A stretch of DNA of 53,558 nucleotides, the filler included, from Sphacelaria rigidula (Eukaryota), in NCBI GenBank assembly GCA_964200075.2. It is 3 parts of 3 records of this genome, joined end to end, with 100 filler letters (N's around TTAATTAATTAA, not from the genome) between each part and the next. Parts side by side here need not be neighbours in the genome. Positions count along the whole stretch, not along the records: positions 35,779 to 53,558 come from CAXNAA020000996.1; 2 more parts are not named here. One strand, written 5' to 3'. Under the pieces are notes generated by a model. It made no database searches, was not told the DNA's origin, and was given only the letters and a program-made list of their open reading frames with translations. Of this stretch, positions 35,842 through 49,200 are shown in pieces (positions within the stretch are counted from its first letter, which is position 1; each line of letters opens with the position of its first letter). Both the position numbers and the translations under genes were made by a program.

Positions 35842-37698
35842 CATATGGAGTCATTTTTCCCCAAATGCGTTCATTCACTGTTTCCTTTGTTTCGCCCTTT
35901 TCCTCACTCAGGATATATTGTATATATACGAGTGCGTGATGAATGGGTCATGCCAAGAGTAGATCATAACACATACACATTGCTGACAGTCACGGGTGTG
36001 AACGTGACATGTCTCATACTTTTTCAAATATATTTTGACAACCACGACGCGATTAATCAATACTAGGATTCTGAAGGGTGACAGCGTTCACCATTTTCGA
36101 TGCCGTAGGCTGGGGGGGGCGCCTGCTGTTGATTGATTCTGACTTGTCCCGTGTGCACCCAAATGACGCACATCTTGATGCTACCTACACATGTATGTGT
36201 CCGTACGTCGGTTCTCCGTACCAGTGGGTGATGTGCAGCACAGATTGCGGGAAAAACTGCGATCTGGCGCAAATACTTACACAAGTATCAGATATCAAGT
36301 GTCCCGATATAGTCAGGTGGTCCGATGTCAGGTGAGCAGGCCATGGAGATCGCTTTTTCGGCCGATTCCCCCCCTCTCACAAAAACTCGCCTACCAGTGA
36401 CGCAGGTAGCCCATTTCCGCTTGAAAATGCTGGTACATGAGCAGATCGCAGCATGCGGAGCCTGACGCAGCAAAGCAGCGTATTCATGCTTTAGACATCC
36501 CTACCTCGGTCCTCTATCGAAGTTGTACTGCCTGCCTCGCGTGGATAGCAGAAATACTGTACGATCACTCTGACGTTGCTGGTGATATTACCGAAAGATC
36601 CCTCCTCACGAGATCGAGCTTCGTCGCCAGCAGTCATACTCGTAGTGCAAGGATACGAATAGAGAACTCGTCACCATCAGTTTCAGCTACAGCAGAAGCA
36701 AGTGTTTCTGGAGGTGGCGTGGTAATGTATCGCAGATACGGAAATAATCATGAACGCACAGGGCACCAATCTTGAAAATGACGGAAAATGATGCCGATTC
36801 ACGAAAACAAAAATTGTCGATGGGTTTCAAAAGCGTTCAATAATAGTGCAACCTGATTTGGATGAAACGATTTGTTCCCTGTCTCGACAAGGCGTGTCAC
36901 CATCCGTTACCGAAAACCGGAATCATAGATAGGCATGTGAAAAACTGCGCACGGAATGCATGTATGTACAAGTACTGCTGTCTGTCTGCATCACAACTCT
37001 CAGGAGAAGCATCGCCAACAAGCAGTTGTTTCTTCACGGTCAAAAACTCTGAAGTAATAAACTCTCCCACTCTTCTATTCTTCATTCTATACCACCAGGT
37101 GCGATGGTCGTTAGGACTTACAAACGTTTGCTTGGTCTGGTCGTGTGGTGACGAATAGCCCCAGTCGTCTTTCGAAAGCCGGACCAAGTTCAACTGAAAC
37201 AACTATTCCTAATAAATCCCACTGTTCATACTTGTGCACAAAACTTGACTACAGACAGACAGTAAAGGGTTCCGTTTGCATCCATGGGTCAACATACTTT
37301 TCCCCTCGATCAAGAGTTTCGTCGGAACTCCAACGGATTCAAATACCACAACAGACAGTACAACAGTAGCAGCAACCTGGCGAACCCAAGACCTGCTACC
37401 CAGCCCCTCGGCACCACAGCAGCTGCACACAACTTTACATCTCCTTTTCATGACACAGTGAAATCATCACCATCGCCACCGACACCTCGACTCATCCTCC
37501 CATCCCACACCGACACGGATGCTTCTCTAGCTCGTGCCAGCGTCACCGCTCCTCGCTTCCAATTTGCCTCCTGACTTAGCCCTCCGTGTCTTCTGGACAA
37601 ACTGCACACGCACAAAGCTCGAATAAACGGAATATCGGGTAGGCGGTGCTCATTGGTTTCTGCAGCAACGAGGGATTTGATTTTTTCCACACAGTAAA

Positions 37699-39092
37699 AT
37701 GTCTTCACAAAACAGCGCCGTACACGAACGACGATCATCCTGGACCTGCGATAGCGTCACCATCTCCTACGCATCAGCAAGGGGCACCGCCAGGTGCAGG
37801 CGTTGTAAGCAGTATCTGGCAGAAGGAGAGCTTCGATTCGGGGTGAGTGCATCATATTTATTGTTTCCCGTCTCAGCAGATACCAAGATATAGCATCGCA
37901 TCCGACTGCGCATGTGTTCCTGGCTGTAGGTACAAGGTGCGCATTTAGTATGTCAACTTTTTCACTGGCTCTCCTCCGGCTTTCTACCCATCATCTCTCA
38001 AATTATCCCGTAGCATAGCTCTACACCACGATTTGGGGGAGATGCCTGGGGCATTCATGATACCGCGCTTTCGATGCGCGTTCATCTTGCTGATGAACAC
38101 AGGTTCAAACCTGGTCGCAGGAAACACCCCGATAGCTCCCTTCCCTTCTGCGTTTGTTTTTCTCGGAACCAACTCTCTTGGTCCATTTCTCTCCGCGCAC
38201 ACGCCACGCCACGCACGCTCCGATCACCCCTATTTTCCCATGCATACGGTGCAAAGGAGACCAACCAACGCCAGCTGACCCACTGAGCCTTCAGCTGTCG
38301 GATGACCTTGCTCCTGCTTCAACCCGTTTGCATATACTCCCTTTTCTGTTGTGTTGATGCTCACGCCTGGTGCCACTGGTGTACGGCTAGAGTTTTGGTA
38401 TAACTGGGCTGTAACATTGCGCGTCGCCCCGTGTATATGTACTGCCGACACCACCAGATGATTTTCAAGTCCCAGAACCCAACGACTCACATGCTCTATC
38501 AAGGCTTCCATCTATGCTGTGTTGCGGCGCCCGACAACGTAACATGCCCTGAAGACCTGGAGGGCATTCAAGACTTGATGCCACAAGATGTGGAAATGGT
38601 GCGACGATGGATCCAGACAGGAATTGCGCCTCCACCTGTGCTTTCCCTTCCAGGGGCCAAGGTAAATGTACCAACTGACGAAATAGTCACTACAAAGCCT
38701 TACCCGTTGTACCTGTTTCCCCCCACATGTGTGCTTTCAATTTCAAAGTGCTTTGTTTTTTTTTATTCCACGTACTACCTGTGGTATGCTGTCTCCCTCA
38801 CCCCCAGCGAGATGATCGGTCTTACGCCTCATGTACTGTACTAGTGGAGAAAATCGACCAGATTCATGTCGTTAGTATTACATCACTAACCCTTCTGTAC
38901 CGTGGTTCATTTGGGTCCATCATCTCTCACTTTTCAAGTGAAGATGATACGATTCAACAAATCTGGCCCCTCTTCATATTTCTCCAGATCCGGTTGAAAC
39001 GGGGGGCGGACATACGCTCGACTACAGTGAACGTGTTCGGGAATCTATGCTGCAGTAATCTACAGTCGGAGAGGACATGGCCAAGCTGTTAA
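37699..39092 (+). CDS. Small PARP-type zinc-finger (zf-PARP) protein, ~150 aa, 3 exons (37699-37842, 38458-38661, 38988-39092)
   Basis: ISYASARGTARCRRCKQYLAEGELRFG|MIF...FHLCC...EDLEGIQDLMPQDVEMVRRWI matches the zf-PARP consensus (YAKS.RA.CK.C...I.KGELR.G...WYH..C...L.G...L...DQ..I). Phase-0 GT-AG junctions. Confidence 0.8.
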
Positions 39093-42000
39093 GGACTAAA
39101 ATGAAGAAATACATCAAAGACTGCCAACATTCAACTGCTCTGGCCGTTAGCACTTTCCCTGACTGAACCTTGACTGCCAAAGTAGGTCTCAGCTGGTTTT
39201 TCATCAGGACTCTCAAGTTGAACGGATGCCACACAAAAAAAAAAGATAACCCACCCTGGTGATGGGCAGAAGGGCCAACCCTCCCCATGGCGACGTACAG
39301 TCTGCAGTATGAGAGATTAGCACAGTCAGTACATGTACGAATAGGGCAGAAATCGTATCTGCACCTTCCAGATTTCCTGTTGTGTTTACTCCAGCACTTG
39401 GTACGCCTAAAACAGCAGTCGAAATATGTTGGACAGACTACTTCATCACTACTGTGGTCGTGAGTCTCGCACCAGAACAGCAGGTGGCCCTGTGGGGCTC
39501 TGCGCGAAAGGCTTGATCTGGTGGTTCTCGCATCTTGGTCTTGCTGAAACAGCGCATTAAACTATGGCCTCAGGGATCAGTGAATGTGTATCCATATCTG
39601 AGATTCAGAGTGGCGCTCTACAATAGTGGCGTGCAATATGCGTGTCGGGCACAGATTCCATGATTATTGCAGAGGGCTACAGTACAATACTGTCTGAGCT
39701 CCACCTACGAGCGACGGTGGGGTGCGTGTTGTACAGCAGCAGTAGATCACGGAGCAGGCTACGGCATCGCGTGACCGTTGGCCCGTCCAAGTTTCCACGC
39801 GATGACGTCAACAACTAACAACACCCGTGATTTCTCTGCCCGTTTTTTTCACCATGTAAATTATTCCAGGGTTCCAACCCTGGGATGGCTGGCCACATGG
39901 CGCACGGCGTTACAGCACCGTAAGGACGGACACGACGAACATGGTGGTGCGTTGAAGTACGAACACGACATGCGCGTTGTCTTTTCTCAATACGTACAGC
40001 CATACCGGTGGGGTATCTGACGGACCAGCAGGGTAGAGTTTTGTCTCTGTTCGGCTCGTACTGCACGAGGTCTGGCCCCCCTCCCCATGCCCGAGAGTTC
40101 GCGGTCTGCGTTGGGTTGCGGTTTGCGTTTTCGGTTTGTGAAAACGAAGTGGGTTTCAACCTCGAGATGCCGAAGCCGAAGTGAGGCAAAACCACCTCTG
40201 GCAGTCGGTAGCACCATGCTATATGATGAAATTTGTGGCGCGATGTCTCGTGCGTTTTGGGAATTAAAGTCGAAATTAGGCTTAATTTTGGCGAAATCCA
40301 GGAGCTGGGGGCTCGTGAGGGGTTGTGGCCGCATCGTGGTCCACAAGATGCGCTGCGTGCAGATCACGTTGTAACGTTCTGTTTGCACTTGGATATCTTT
40401 CATGTGGAGTTGGGCATGGTGTGCTGTTCATGTAAACCGAAAATGGGGGAGTCAGGGTTTAGATCGTTTTCAATGGGTGGTGATTGTTTTCTTGTTGTGT
40501 GGAGTAACCGTTGACCTTAACCTTGGACCGCGAGGCAGGCAGTTTGAGTTCATGGGTGTGTTCCTGTGCGATTGTACTATTTCGTGTATCCATACTCGGT
40601 GTACGGTTGATCCTTCGAGAGCAAAGACATGGACGGCTCTCCAAGTTTCAACAGATTACGTGCGCTCGTTTTTCATGTACCAGTTCTCAAGCGGTAGCCC
40701 GACGGAAATAAGTCGAATTGGAGCAGGCATTAACAATTCGACGCAACGTAACAGGTGGGGGTGTCTCTTGTAGTGATCTTCATGTATACTCTTTGATATA
40801 GCGTGACGAGTTGTTGTCCAGCGGAAGTCGCTGGCTCTGGCTTCGAAGTCACGCTTTTAACTCGGCGCGGTCCTGTTTTTCAACAGGTGTGTCGATCGTG
40901 ACCCTGTCGTGATGATTGTAAGTTCATGTAAGGCTGCCGGTTGACATTCGGTGAAATTCGTGGTGCGTTGTTGCCATTTTGTGAAAACCGCGATGTTCAC
41001 TCGCCTGATTTTTGAGCCTATGGGTTGATCTGGTAAAAGAATAAACATGATGTGTTGAATGTTTCGATGTCATCGATTTAAAACGGGGCGAAAGGAAGGG
41101 TGTTGGTCTCGCCAGGAATCATGCGCGTGTTTGATCCCCCTTTCCCTTTTGCCCTTCCTGTGAGAAATTCTCTCTCGGGTAGCTAGTGATTTGTGCCCCG
41201 TCAGTTTTTTTTGAGGCGCCGCTACGGCCATCGTAAGGGTGGCATATTTGACAAGATCAGGTTTTTCCAGCTGTGGGTAGTGTCGATTGAGCGGAGCCCA
41301 GGCATGCCCGAACAAATGTGAATTTTTTGTCGTGAATCACGACCACTTGCGGTCCGGATACGTAGCGGACGGTGTTTTTTTTTCTTTAATTTTGGTCCAG
41401 TAGAGTTGAAGTAGCATTTTGTTTTTGGTGCGATGAAGTCATGTAAGTGAATGAGTAGTGCATGCATGCCTGCCTGCCTGCCTGTGTTTTCTTCCGTCGA
41501 AACCCTTGTCTCGACTTCATGCGGTTGAGAAACTTCGTTTCAACGTGTGGAAGACAAGTGATGGAGTATGCCCTTTTGGTTCCAAAAGTATCTGGTGTTC
41601 CCTGGGTATGTTGGATGCTTGTTTTGTGTCCCGCGTCTGCGCTTCATCGACAACTTTTTACCTACAGGTGTTTCGTTTCTGAATGTCTCAAGTACACGAA
41701 AGTGGGAAATGAGTAAGTAGATTGAGGGCGAAACTTGTCCACTGTCTGCATCATCCCTCGAGTCATCGTCTTGAAGAATAGGGTGTCTGTTTCATAGCTA
41801 GCGTTAACTGGAATGAATAGAGCACATCATATAGCAGTGATAGTTGGGTAGTGAAATAGGGTACAAAAAATCATGTGTTGGAAAAAAAGTACGTTGTAAT
41901 TGGGCCCCAATGCCGAGTCAAATTGAGGTTTCCGCCTTGAGCATACACGTTGCGTATCCACGTGTCTTTCTTTTTTCAGGTCATGTCTTGTCATGGCCCT

Positions 42001-43720
42001 TATCCTTATTATGATGACGTGCTAAGTCACCGTTGCCGTAGTTCTTGTATGTTGCTGTTACACTCTAGTGTATTGCGTCGAATAGCAAGTACTACAGATA
42101 TTTAAGTGCTTTCTTTTTGCTTGATTTAGTGTCTGTACCTTTACAATGCGAGTAAGTGGTGACTGGCAAGCGAAAATACGCGACCGGCACTTACCGAGGT
42201 TGATTGATTGTGAAGCTTGATTATTATCTTTTATTTTTTTCGATTGTTTTATTTTTGTGGTGTTTCCTGGCTTTGTGTGTTGGTAGATATGTCCATTGTT
42301 CTGGTGAAGTCCAAGATTCGACATGCCACCTTCTCTGCGAGTTATTTCTTAACTGACGTGTTGTTGACATGTCAGTCTATAGTGGTAGCATAAGCACAAA
42401 GGAGATGTGGGGTTTGGTTGGGGCTTGGATTATTGTTTTTTTTTCAAAGGGAAAACAAGAATATATAAAAATATGGGTAGAAAAATAATTCAACAACTGC
42501 AATTTCGCAGAATGAGACAATCGGCCGGCGCAAATATATGCAGAGGAGGCGCAAATTGATGTGATTGGACGAATGAAATACGTGCTTCAGACACCCCCCC
42601 CCCCCATAGAGGCGGTCGAGAACAAGGTAATTCGAAGTTTGGTCTCCAGAAACCTTTTTTCTTCTGTTTCTTCGCCAGAATACGTGATTGAACCATACCT
42701 TCACCACCACGATGCTGGCCTGTACCCGAGGAGTTTGGGCATATCAGCTGCTGCTCTAGCGAGCCCCAGGGGAGAGAACTTGGCGGTTGGATGATGACTT
42801 TTCAGTCAAGGTGACAGCTGGATTATGATAATCCTTGAATCATCTACATTTGTTTGATACAATAAAAGTATCGCCAGAGCATTTTCATGCCGGTTAGAAT
42901 TATAAAGTGAAATCACAGTAGTACGAGTAGTATATACATTTGGGTGTCACTCAGCAATACGTACAGCACTTTCCTCTGTGGACAAACAGAAGGCCAACGG
43001 ATTCACGTCTTGAGTACGCGGCCCTCTCCAGCATTGCGCCCTCACTACTATCACGTCTCTGATTTCCCCGAGTTGGATCTCGACGTGTAACACACGCAGC
43101 ACACGAGAAACTGATCAATAAGAGCGAATCATGTAACTCTCTCAATCTGGCGGACATGCACACCATGGAACTCATCTGCAACGACAGACGAAGATATATC
43201 CCAGTCCACGTCGGAAACATGAGGAGACATGGATGTCAAGTGATGGTGGAAGAAATTCACCTGGCATCTGGCAAATTACTCGTTGTCAGACGGCTTCATT
43301 TTCACCGACATCCATTCGAGGAATGACGCATGTAAGTGAGCCCGTTGTCAACATCCAATACCTGTAAGTGTAAGGCGTATACATCTTTCGGATGTCCTGA
43401 AAACCACCGATAAGCCTTCCGAAATTTGATGTATGAAGTCATCCTTCCATGATAGGTCCTTGTCGCGCGTGTGGATGTCGCTACGTGATTCAAGATGTAT
43501 CCACTTTCCTATTCAAGCCCCAGGCAAATGGGTCGTTTGAGGTGGGATGTGGCGTTTGTTTGTCTTTCTAATATAATACTTGTTAAAGCCTCGTGATTGA
43601 CGGGTCTTTTTTTCAATCTATCAACTTTTTCGGGAAACACAACTTCCTCAGCGGGAAATCTGACAGCAGATTTCTCCACCATGCAGGTGAAGCAAGAAGA
43701 AATCAAATATTCATGACTGG

Positions 43721-44457
43721 GGCCGCTTCGTACAGTCTGAAAACGGACTCTGTGAGAACTGCTTTTTTTAGCCTTTTATCGCGATTTTTTGGCGGAATAC
43801 AGGCCTTGGCGGATTTGGTCTCCTCGGAAAGATTTACGGTGTTCTTCATGGGGATTCTAGCGCACTTTTCCGATTTGTCGTACGCCCAGTTTTACTCTTT
43901 GCCGAATTCTGTATTTTTTCAGTCGCCCCATAAACCTTCGAGTTGTCGGGAAAAAGACGTCCCCAAACATTCGTTCTACCCTAGTTTTGTACTTTTTGGT
44001 TCTGATCCGAACGTTTGCTGAAGTTTGACCTTGAATCAACACGCATCATGTGTGGGCAACACTAGGAATACCTCAGTATTTTCTCTACCCGAGTTTGAGT
44101 ATTTTGCGTGCGAACTTGAATATTGAAGTTGAAGTTGACGGTTTTCGGTACATCGGATCCGGCCTCAGCAACTCTACTCAAATTTTGTGTCGGTCGAGTA
44201 CGGCCTCAAATAAGACCCGACGACTCTTGGACAACTGGACGATTTTCACGGCGACTGAAACAATGCAGAATCCGGCCAAGAGTAAAACTGCGTACGACAA
44301 ATCGGAAAGTGCGTAAGAATCCTCGTGAAAAACATAGCAAATGTTTCCGAGGAGGTCAAATCCGCCAAGAAGACCTGTATTTTGCCAAAAACTCGCGACA
44401 AAAGGCTCAAAAAGGGCAGTTCTCACAGAGTCCGTTTTTAGACTACGAGAAACAATC
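43721..44457. mobile_element. Tourist/PIF-like MITE with ~190-bp inverted arms
   Basis: GGCCGCTTCGTACAGTCTGAAAACGGACTCTGTGAGAACTGC... is mirrored by ...GCAGTTCTCACAGAGTCCGTTTTTAGACT. TTTCCGATTTGTCGTACGC pairs with GCGTACGACAAATCGGAAA. Same terminus as the 19527 element. Confidence 0.8.
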
Positions 44458-44475
44458 TGACTTGTCAGTCTTGCG

Positions 44476-44514
<39 letters not shown>

Positions 44515-46223
44515 ATGCCCGCCCGCTTTTGTCATATGTTTCTGAATGCTCGCGCACACTTGATACCATATTTAAGTGCTCGCCACTGAGGCCCTTCATG
44601 TCCCTGAGTAGGATATCGACGCGTAGCTAGGTAAGCGCACGCCAGTGATGCAAAGAAAAGCAAACGCGGAATGAAAATTGGCTGTGTTGACGCGAATGAT
44701 CAAGGCCACCCTCAATCAGCGCTCTACTCTGAATATCACGAAAGCGTTGTTGTCTCTGTTTCAAGAGTTGTGCTGTTTAAAACGTGTCATCCACTAAGTA
44801 TGAGTATCGCATGGTGGGCAAAATTAAAAAATGGCGCTAGACACGTGTGATACTTTTTTCATGAGTTAGGGACGTTCTTGTGAAATCACCCAGTATGATT
44901 TATCGTTGTTCATCGGTAATAAGTGCGTTTCAACAACCGTTACTAATTTCAACGACGACTTGAAGCGGGATTTCGTGGGGGAAATGGTACGGTGACTCGT
45001 CCATGCGCAGGCAACAGAGGGACCAACAGCCCATCCGTGTTTTGTCATCAATCTTGACCGACTCCGTTGGCGTCACCATTCTTATTCGACGAATATGATC
45101 GATCATAAAAACCGCGAAAACATATACACGACGTACCGTACACCACGTCTTGTAAAACTCTTGCTCTCCCAAAAATTTAGGGAATATCGTACACCTGCTC
45201 AACCCTTCGAGTGCGAGCGACGGTCCACACGTGAATCGGTAACATTTCATTATTGTTCAAGTCAAAGTGACCACGATTCCGAAATGAACCAGCAGCTTGC
45301 TCTCAAGGGATCAGAAGGGTGGATATGGCTTTGATGTTGAATAAACTCGAATGTCACTTGCATTCCAAGTGTCGAGGTCTCAGTCATGTTGTCGTTCTTG
45401 TTGATATGCTACCTTCCTCTCCAAGCGAGCAAATCGACTGGACGGGAAAAAACGGTGTTTGCAAGACGTGTGTGAAAAAAGACGGACTGAAAAGGCACAA
45501 TGCCGTAGGAATTCAGGTTGTATTTCTCCACGTTACTCGAAAACGACAAACTATCACTGTCACAGCGTACAGTTGAGGGTTAGGTTTTTATTAATCGCCA
45601 CTGTACCCAAAATACAAGAAATACACGGGACGGCAGCAAACACGAAAATAAAAAGAGGTGCACGAGTACGTCCGTAGGTACTCAAGCTTCCCCAAGATAC
45701 TCCTCTCCGTCAGAGCCTTGGTCATGGCCAACGACGACGCGCATAGCATGACGAGAGCGTATGCGGTACTGCAACACGTTGCCACTTCTCTTGCCGCACA
45801 CGGGCGAATCCAACAGCAAGCATGCTCACTTCTCAACCGAAACAACCAAAAAACGGTACTACGCACCGGGGAGTTGCGAGCTTCATCGCGTAACGCAGCA
45901 CTCCGTGCAACTTGAGACGCTGAGTCCAAGCCAACTCCCATCAAACATGCGTCGATGGGCTACTTCAAGGCACACACGAGAGTCCGCCAAACCGGAAAAG
46001 TAGGCGTCATTTTTTACAAGACTCCCCCCGAAACATGCACCAGATACATACCATTAACCATTCTTGCCCCTCAAAGTGACTGTCATCAACCGATATCATC
46101 TCGACAATCTCGACAACAACGAACGGTGATCCACCCGCGATCAAGGTCCTCGTCCCGTATGCACATGCATTTTCAGACCAACTATATCTCGTATATGACA
46201 CACCCAACAATTTGGCCGAGTCT

Positions 46224-49200
46224 TCACGTATCCTTGGACTTCTTCTTGGGTGGGCGGTAGAGCGCAATTACAACCGCGTGGTCACGCTCGTAAGGTTCGA
46301 GGGTAACTTGCTCCTTGGGCTTGAAGTTCTCCGTCTTCAGCTTCGAGACCTGTCACGCAAGTGAACAAAAAAAGCAGCGGCACAGGCGAGCGCAAAAAAG
46401 GAGAGAACGCTTCTTCAATTGATTGAATTCGCTAGAGACAAAGTTACACAACCCGCAGAGGTTCCTGCGTAAAATCAGTTTCGAAGGCTGACCAACGAGT
46501 TGGGATTCCGTAACCATTGCCTGATGATAGAAAGGCGGTCAAGACGTACACTCTGTCACCTCTCGGGGCCTGGGAGTAACTAAGGCATGTTGACGTCACA
46601 CTATCAGCCCTTGGAACCCCGTGTAACGAATTGTGAGACCGCTCGTGAGAAGAGGGTGTCATGTTTTCACAGGACTTTCGTGAGAACTGTTTCCTCTTTT
46701 AGATACGATTATTTCTCTCGAACTACGATTGGCTTGCAGCGATAATATTCGACACCCTGGATTATGGCAAAGGATTACATCGTCAAAAAATGTGCCACGT
46801 ACAGTTATGGGCGCGCCTGACCCCCCAAAATGAGCCAAAAAAGTGTCACCGACCAAAAGCACGAACAGACCGGAGATCTCGTTCATCCCCTGATTATGCA
46901 CGCCGTAGAATCCCCCAAGTACTTGTGATTTGAGTGGGGTTTCCACTTGACGATTTCCAATTTTTGTTGTCCCGGGCTACGAACCACGGCGTACCTAGGC
47001 TACTCACCGGCGTGTATTTGCCCAAGCTACAATCTGGAAAGATTGTGGAACTAGAGGAGTTGTGGTGATTGAGAAAATCGCAAAAAAAACATGTTTTTTC
47101 CACTCAATTCGTTATAAAACTCGAATCCCAATGAGATTAAAAAATTCGATTACCGAGTTTGTAGTTGCCGTCTTGGCGCAGATGATACAAAAAATCGCAT
47201 CCCAATCGATGGCCTTGACGATGAATAATTGGGGTAACCGTTTGGGCTACGGGCGCAAACCAGCACCTCCAACCCTCGCCGGTTTTCACGACATGCGAAA
47301 ACGTCACCCCTGTCAACGGCCTCAGAATAGATTACACCCATGGATAACTCTTGCTACTGCAGATGGTTGATACATCGCATGTGTGGAATGTTCGGCAGGT
47401 GTAGAATTTGAACCTTTGACCCAACCCCTGGAGGCTTCCGTGCCCTGCGGATATTTACCCCCATCTGTGCATCGCTTGTGATAGTGGCAAGAGTAGCGCT
47501 CGTTCTCCTGCACCCGGTGCCATCACCACGCCACCTGGCGGCAAGTTTGGACAAACTCTGAACTGAAGGAAAAAAGAAAGCCACAGAGCATGCTAGAAGC
47601 ACAGTTCCCATGAAAAGATCCGGATTCCGGTGTTCATAATAACAAGATGCATCAACTTACTCTCCCCAATGGTCAACTATACTGCGTCAAGGCGACACAG
47701 AAGACAGCATAAAGTCGTCAGCCCACTTTTGCTAAAGCCACATGGCACCGGAGACCCAGTCATGTCCTTCAGTGCACCAACCCGTCGTAAGACACGCGTC
47801 CGTTGTATCGGTATAGTGGTGGGAGTCCGATGAAAATCATGCATATTCATGAAATGCAAAGGCATACCCACGGAACAACAAATACCCTTGCACAGAGCGA
47901 GTCATTTATCCGCTAAAATTGTAGAACGATGAACATGACGAGGAAGTCGACCAACATCCGCCCAACCTACATGACACACCCGGCGACTGTACTCCACTGG
48001 TCTGTGTAAGGGCCCTCCTCGTCGTAGTTCCTCAGTACATATGGTTCTGTCGGATATTGACCATATGATTTTGTAAAAATAAATCGTTCAGCGTTCCCGT
48101 TTCAAGCGTTGGGCTACAAATCATCATGATTTATATTACTTGGTTTGAATGTGTACAACAAGGATCGGATTTCAAATAGCATTGACAGTCCCGTGGGCTC
48201 CTCGTACGAGCAGAGCGTGTTTTCGTTTAAATCGGCGCCACAGGCACGGATTTGGGGTCTACCAAGGCCTCACTTTGTTCAAAGAATATATGTACCACCC
48301 TTACCCGAGAGTCCTCGGTATGCGTTGGGTTGGATCAACCCAACTAGCCTCCTGGCATTTCATCGTATCGCAAGCATGGACGAAAAGCTACGCAGTGGCA
48401 TGCAGCATATGTGAAACAACAACAGAAGTAACGGTAGGGCTCTCTGTCGTTCTCTTCCGATGACGTTCGGCATATTTTACCCGACGAGCCTGAATAAGCC
48501 CCAAAAGTAGATCTGTTCGTGTGTCTTTTCGTGATTTTGGTCGGTGACACTTTTTTTGCCCAGTGTGGGGGGTCAGGCGCGCCCATAACAGTATCGTCTA
48601 ATGCAATAGACGCAATAGTGGATATTGCGGTACGCGAAAGATTTCACACGTCGGACAGATCAGCTCCCTATAGATCGAGCTAGCTCTTTTTCAGCGCGAC
48701 TCCCTTGTGAGCAGTTATGAGAGCTACATGAGCTACGCATGTTTTTACTGGGGTGAGCTATGAGAGCTGTACGGGTTACGCACGTTTGCGATAGGTGAGC
48801 TACCAACCCTTAGCTCATCAGCTCATATTCGTCCTGGGTGAGCTATGAGAGCTGTCTGAGCTACGCATGTTTGCCCTGGATGAGCTACCAACTCGTAGCT
48901 CATCAGCGCATGTTCACCTTGTGTTGAGCTATCGGACGTAGCTCACATCTACATGTTTGACTACAAGGGAGCTACCGCCCGCAGATGAGGTGGCTCATAA
49001 CCTGTCCCACGTATGGAACATTTTTTGGCGATGTAATGCGCTGTCCAGAGTGTGTAACATTCACCATCGGGTAGTGGCTGAGAACTGCTGTCCTCCTATT
49101 GTTCACGATCTTCAAACTCATCCAAAGGTGCTTGGCATAGGGTACAGTACATCAGGTACGCCGGGTTTTCAGCGGATTCCAAGTATCTCTTGCTCCAGGG

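Noticed and set aside
39987-43706. Additional genes among the short ORFs
   Set aside because: No recognisable motifs or consistent exon chain; probably decayed repeats or UTR sequence.
48032-48127. C/D snoRNA (ATGATGA...CTGA on the - strand)
   Set aside because: It lies inside a TIR transposon and has no recognisable rRNA antisense guide.
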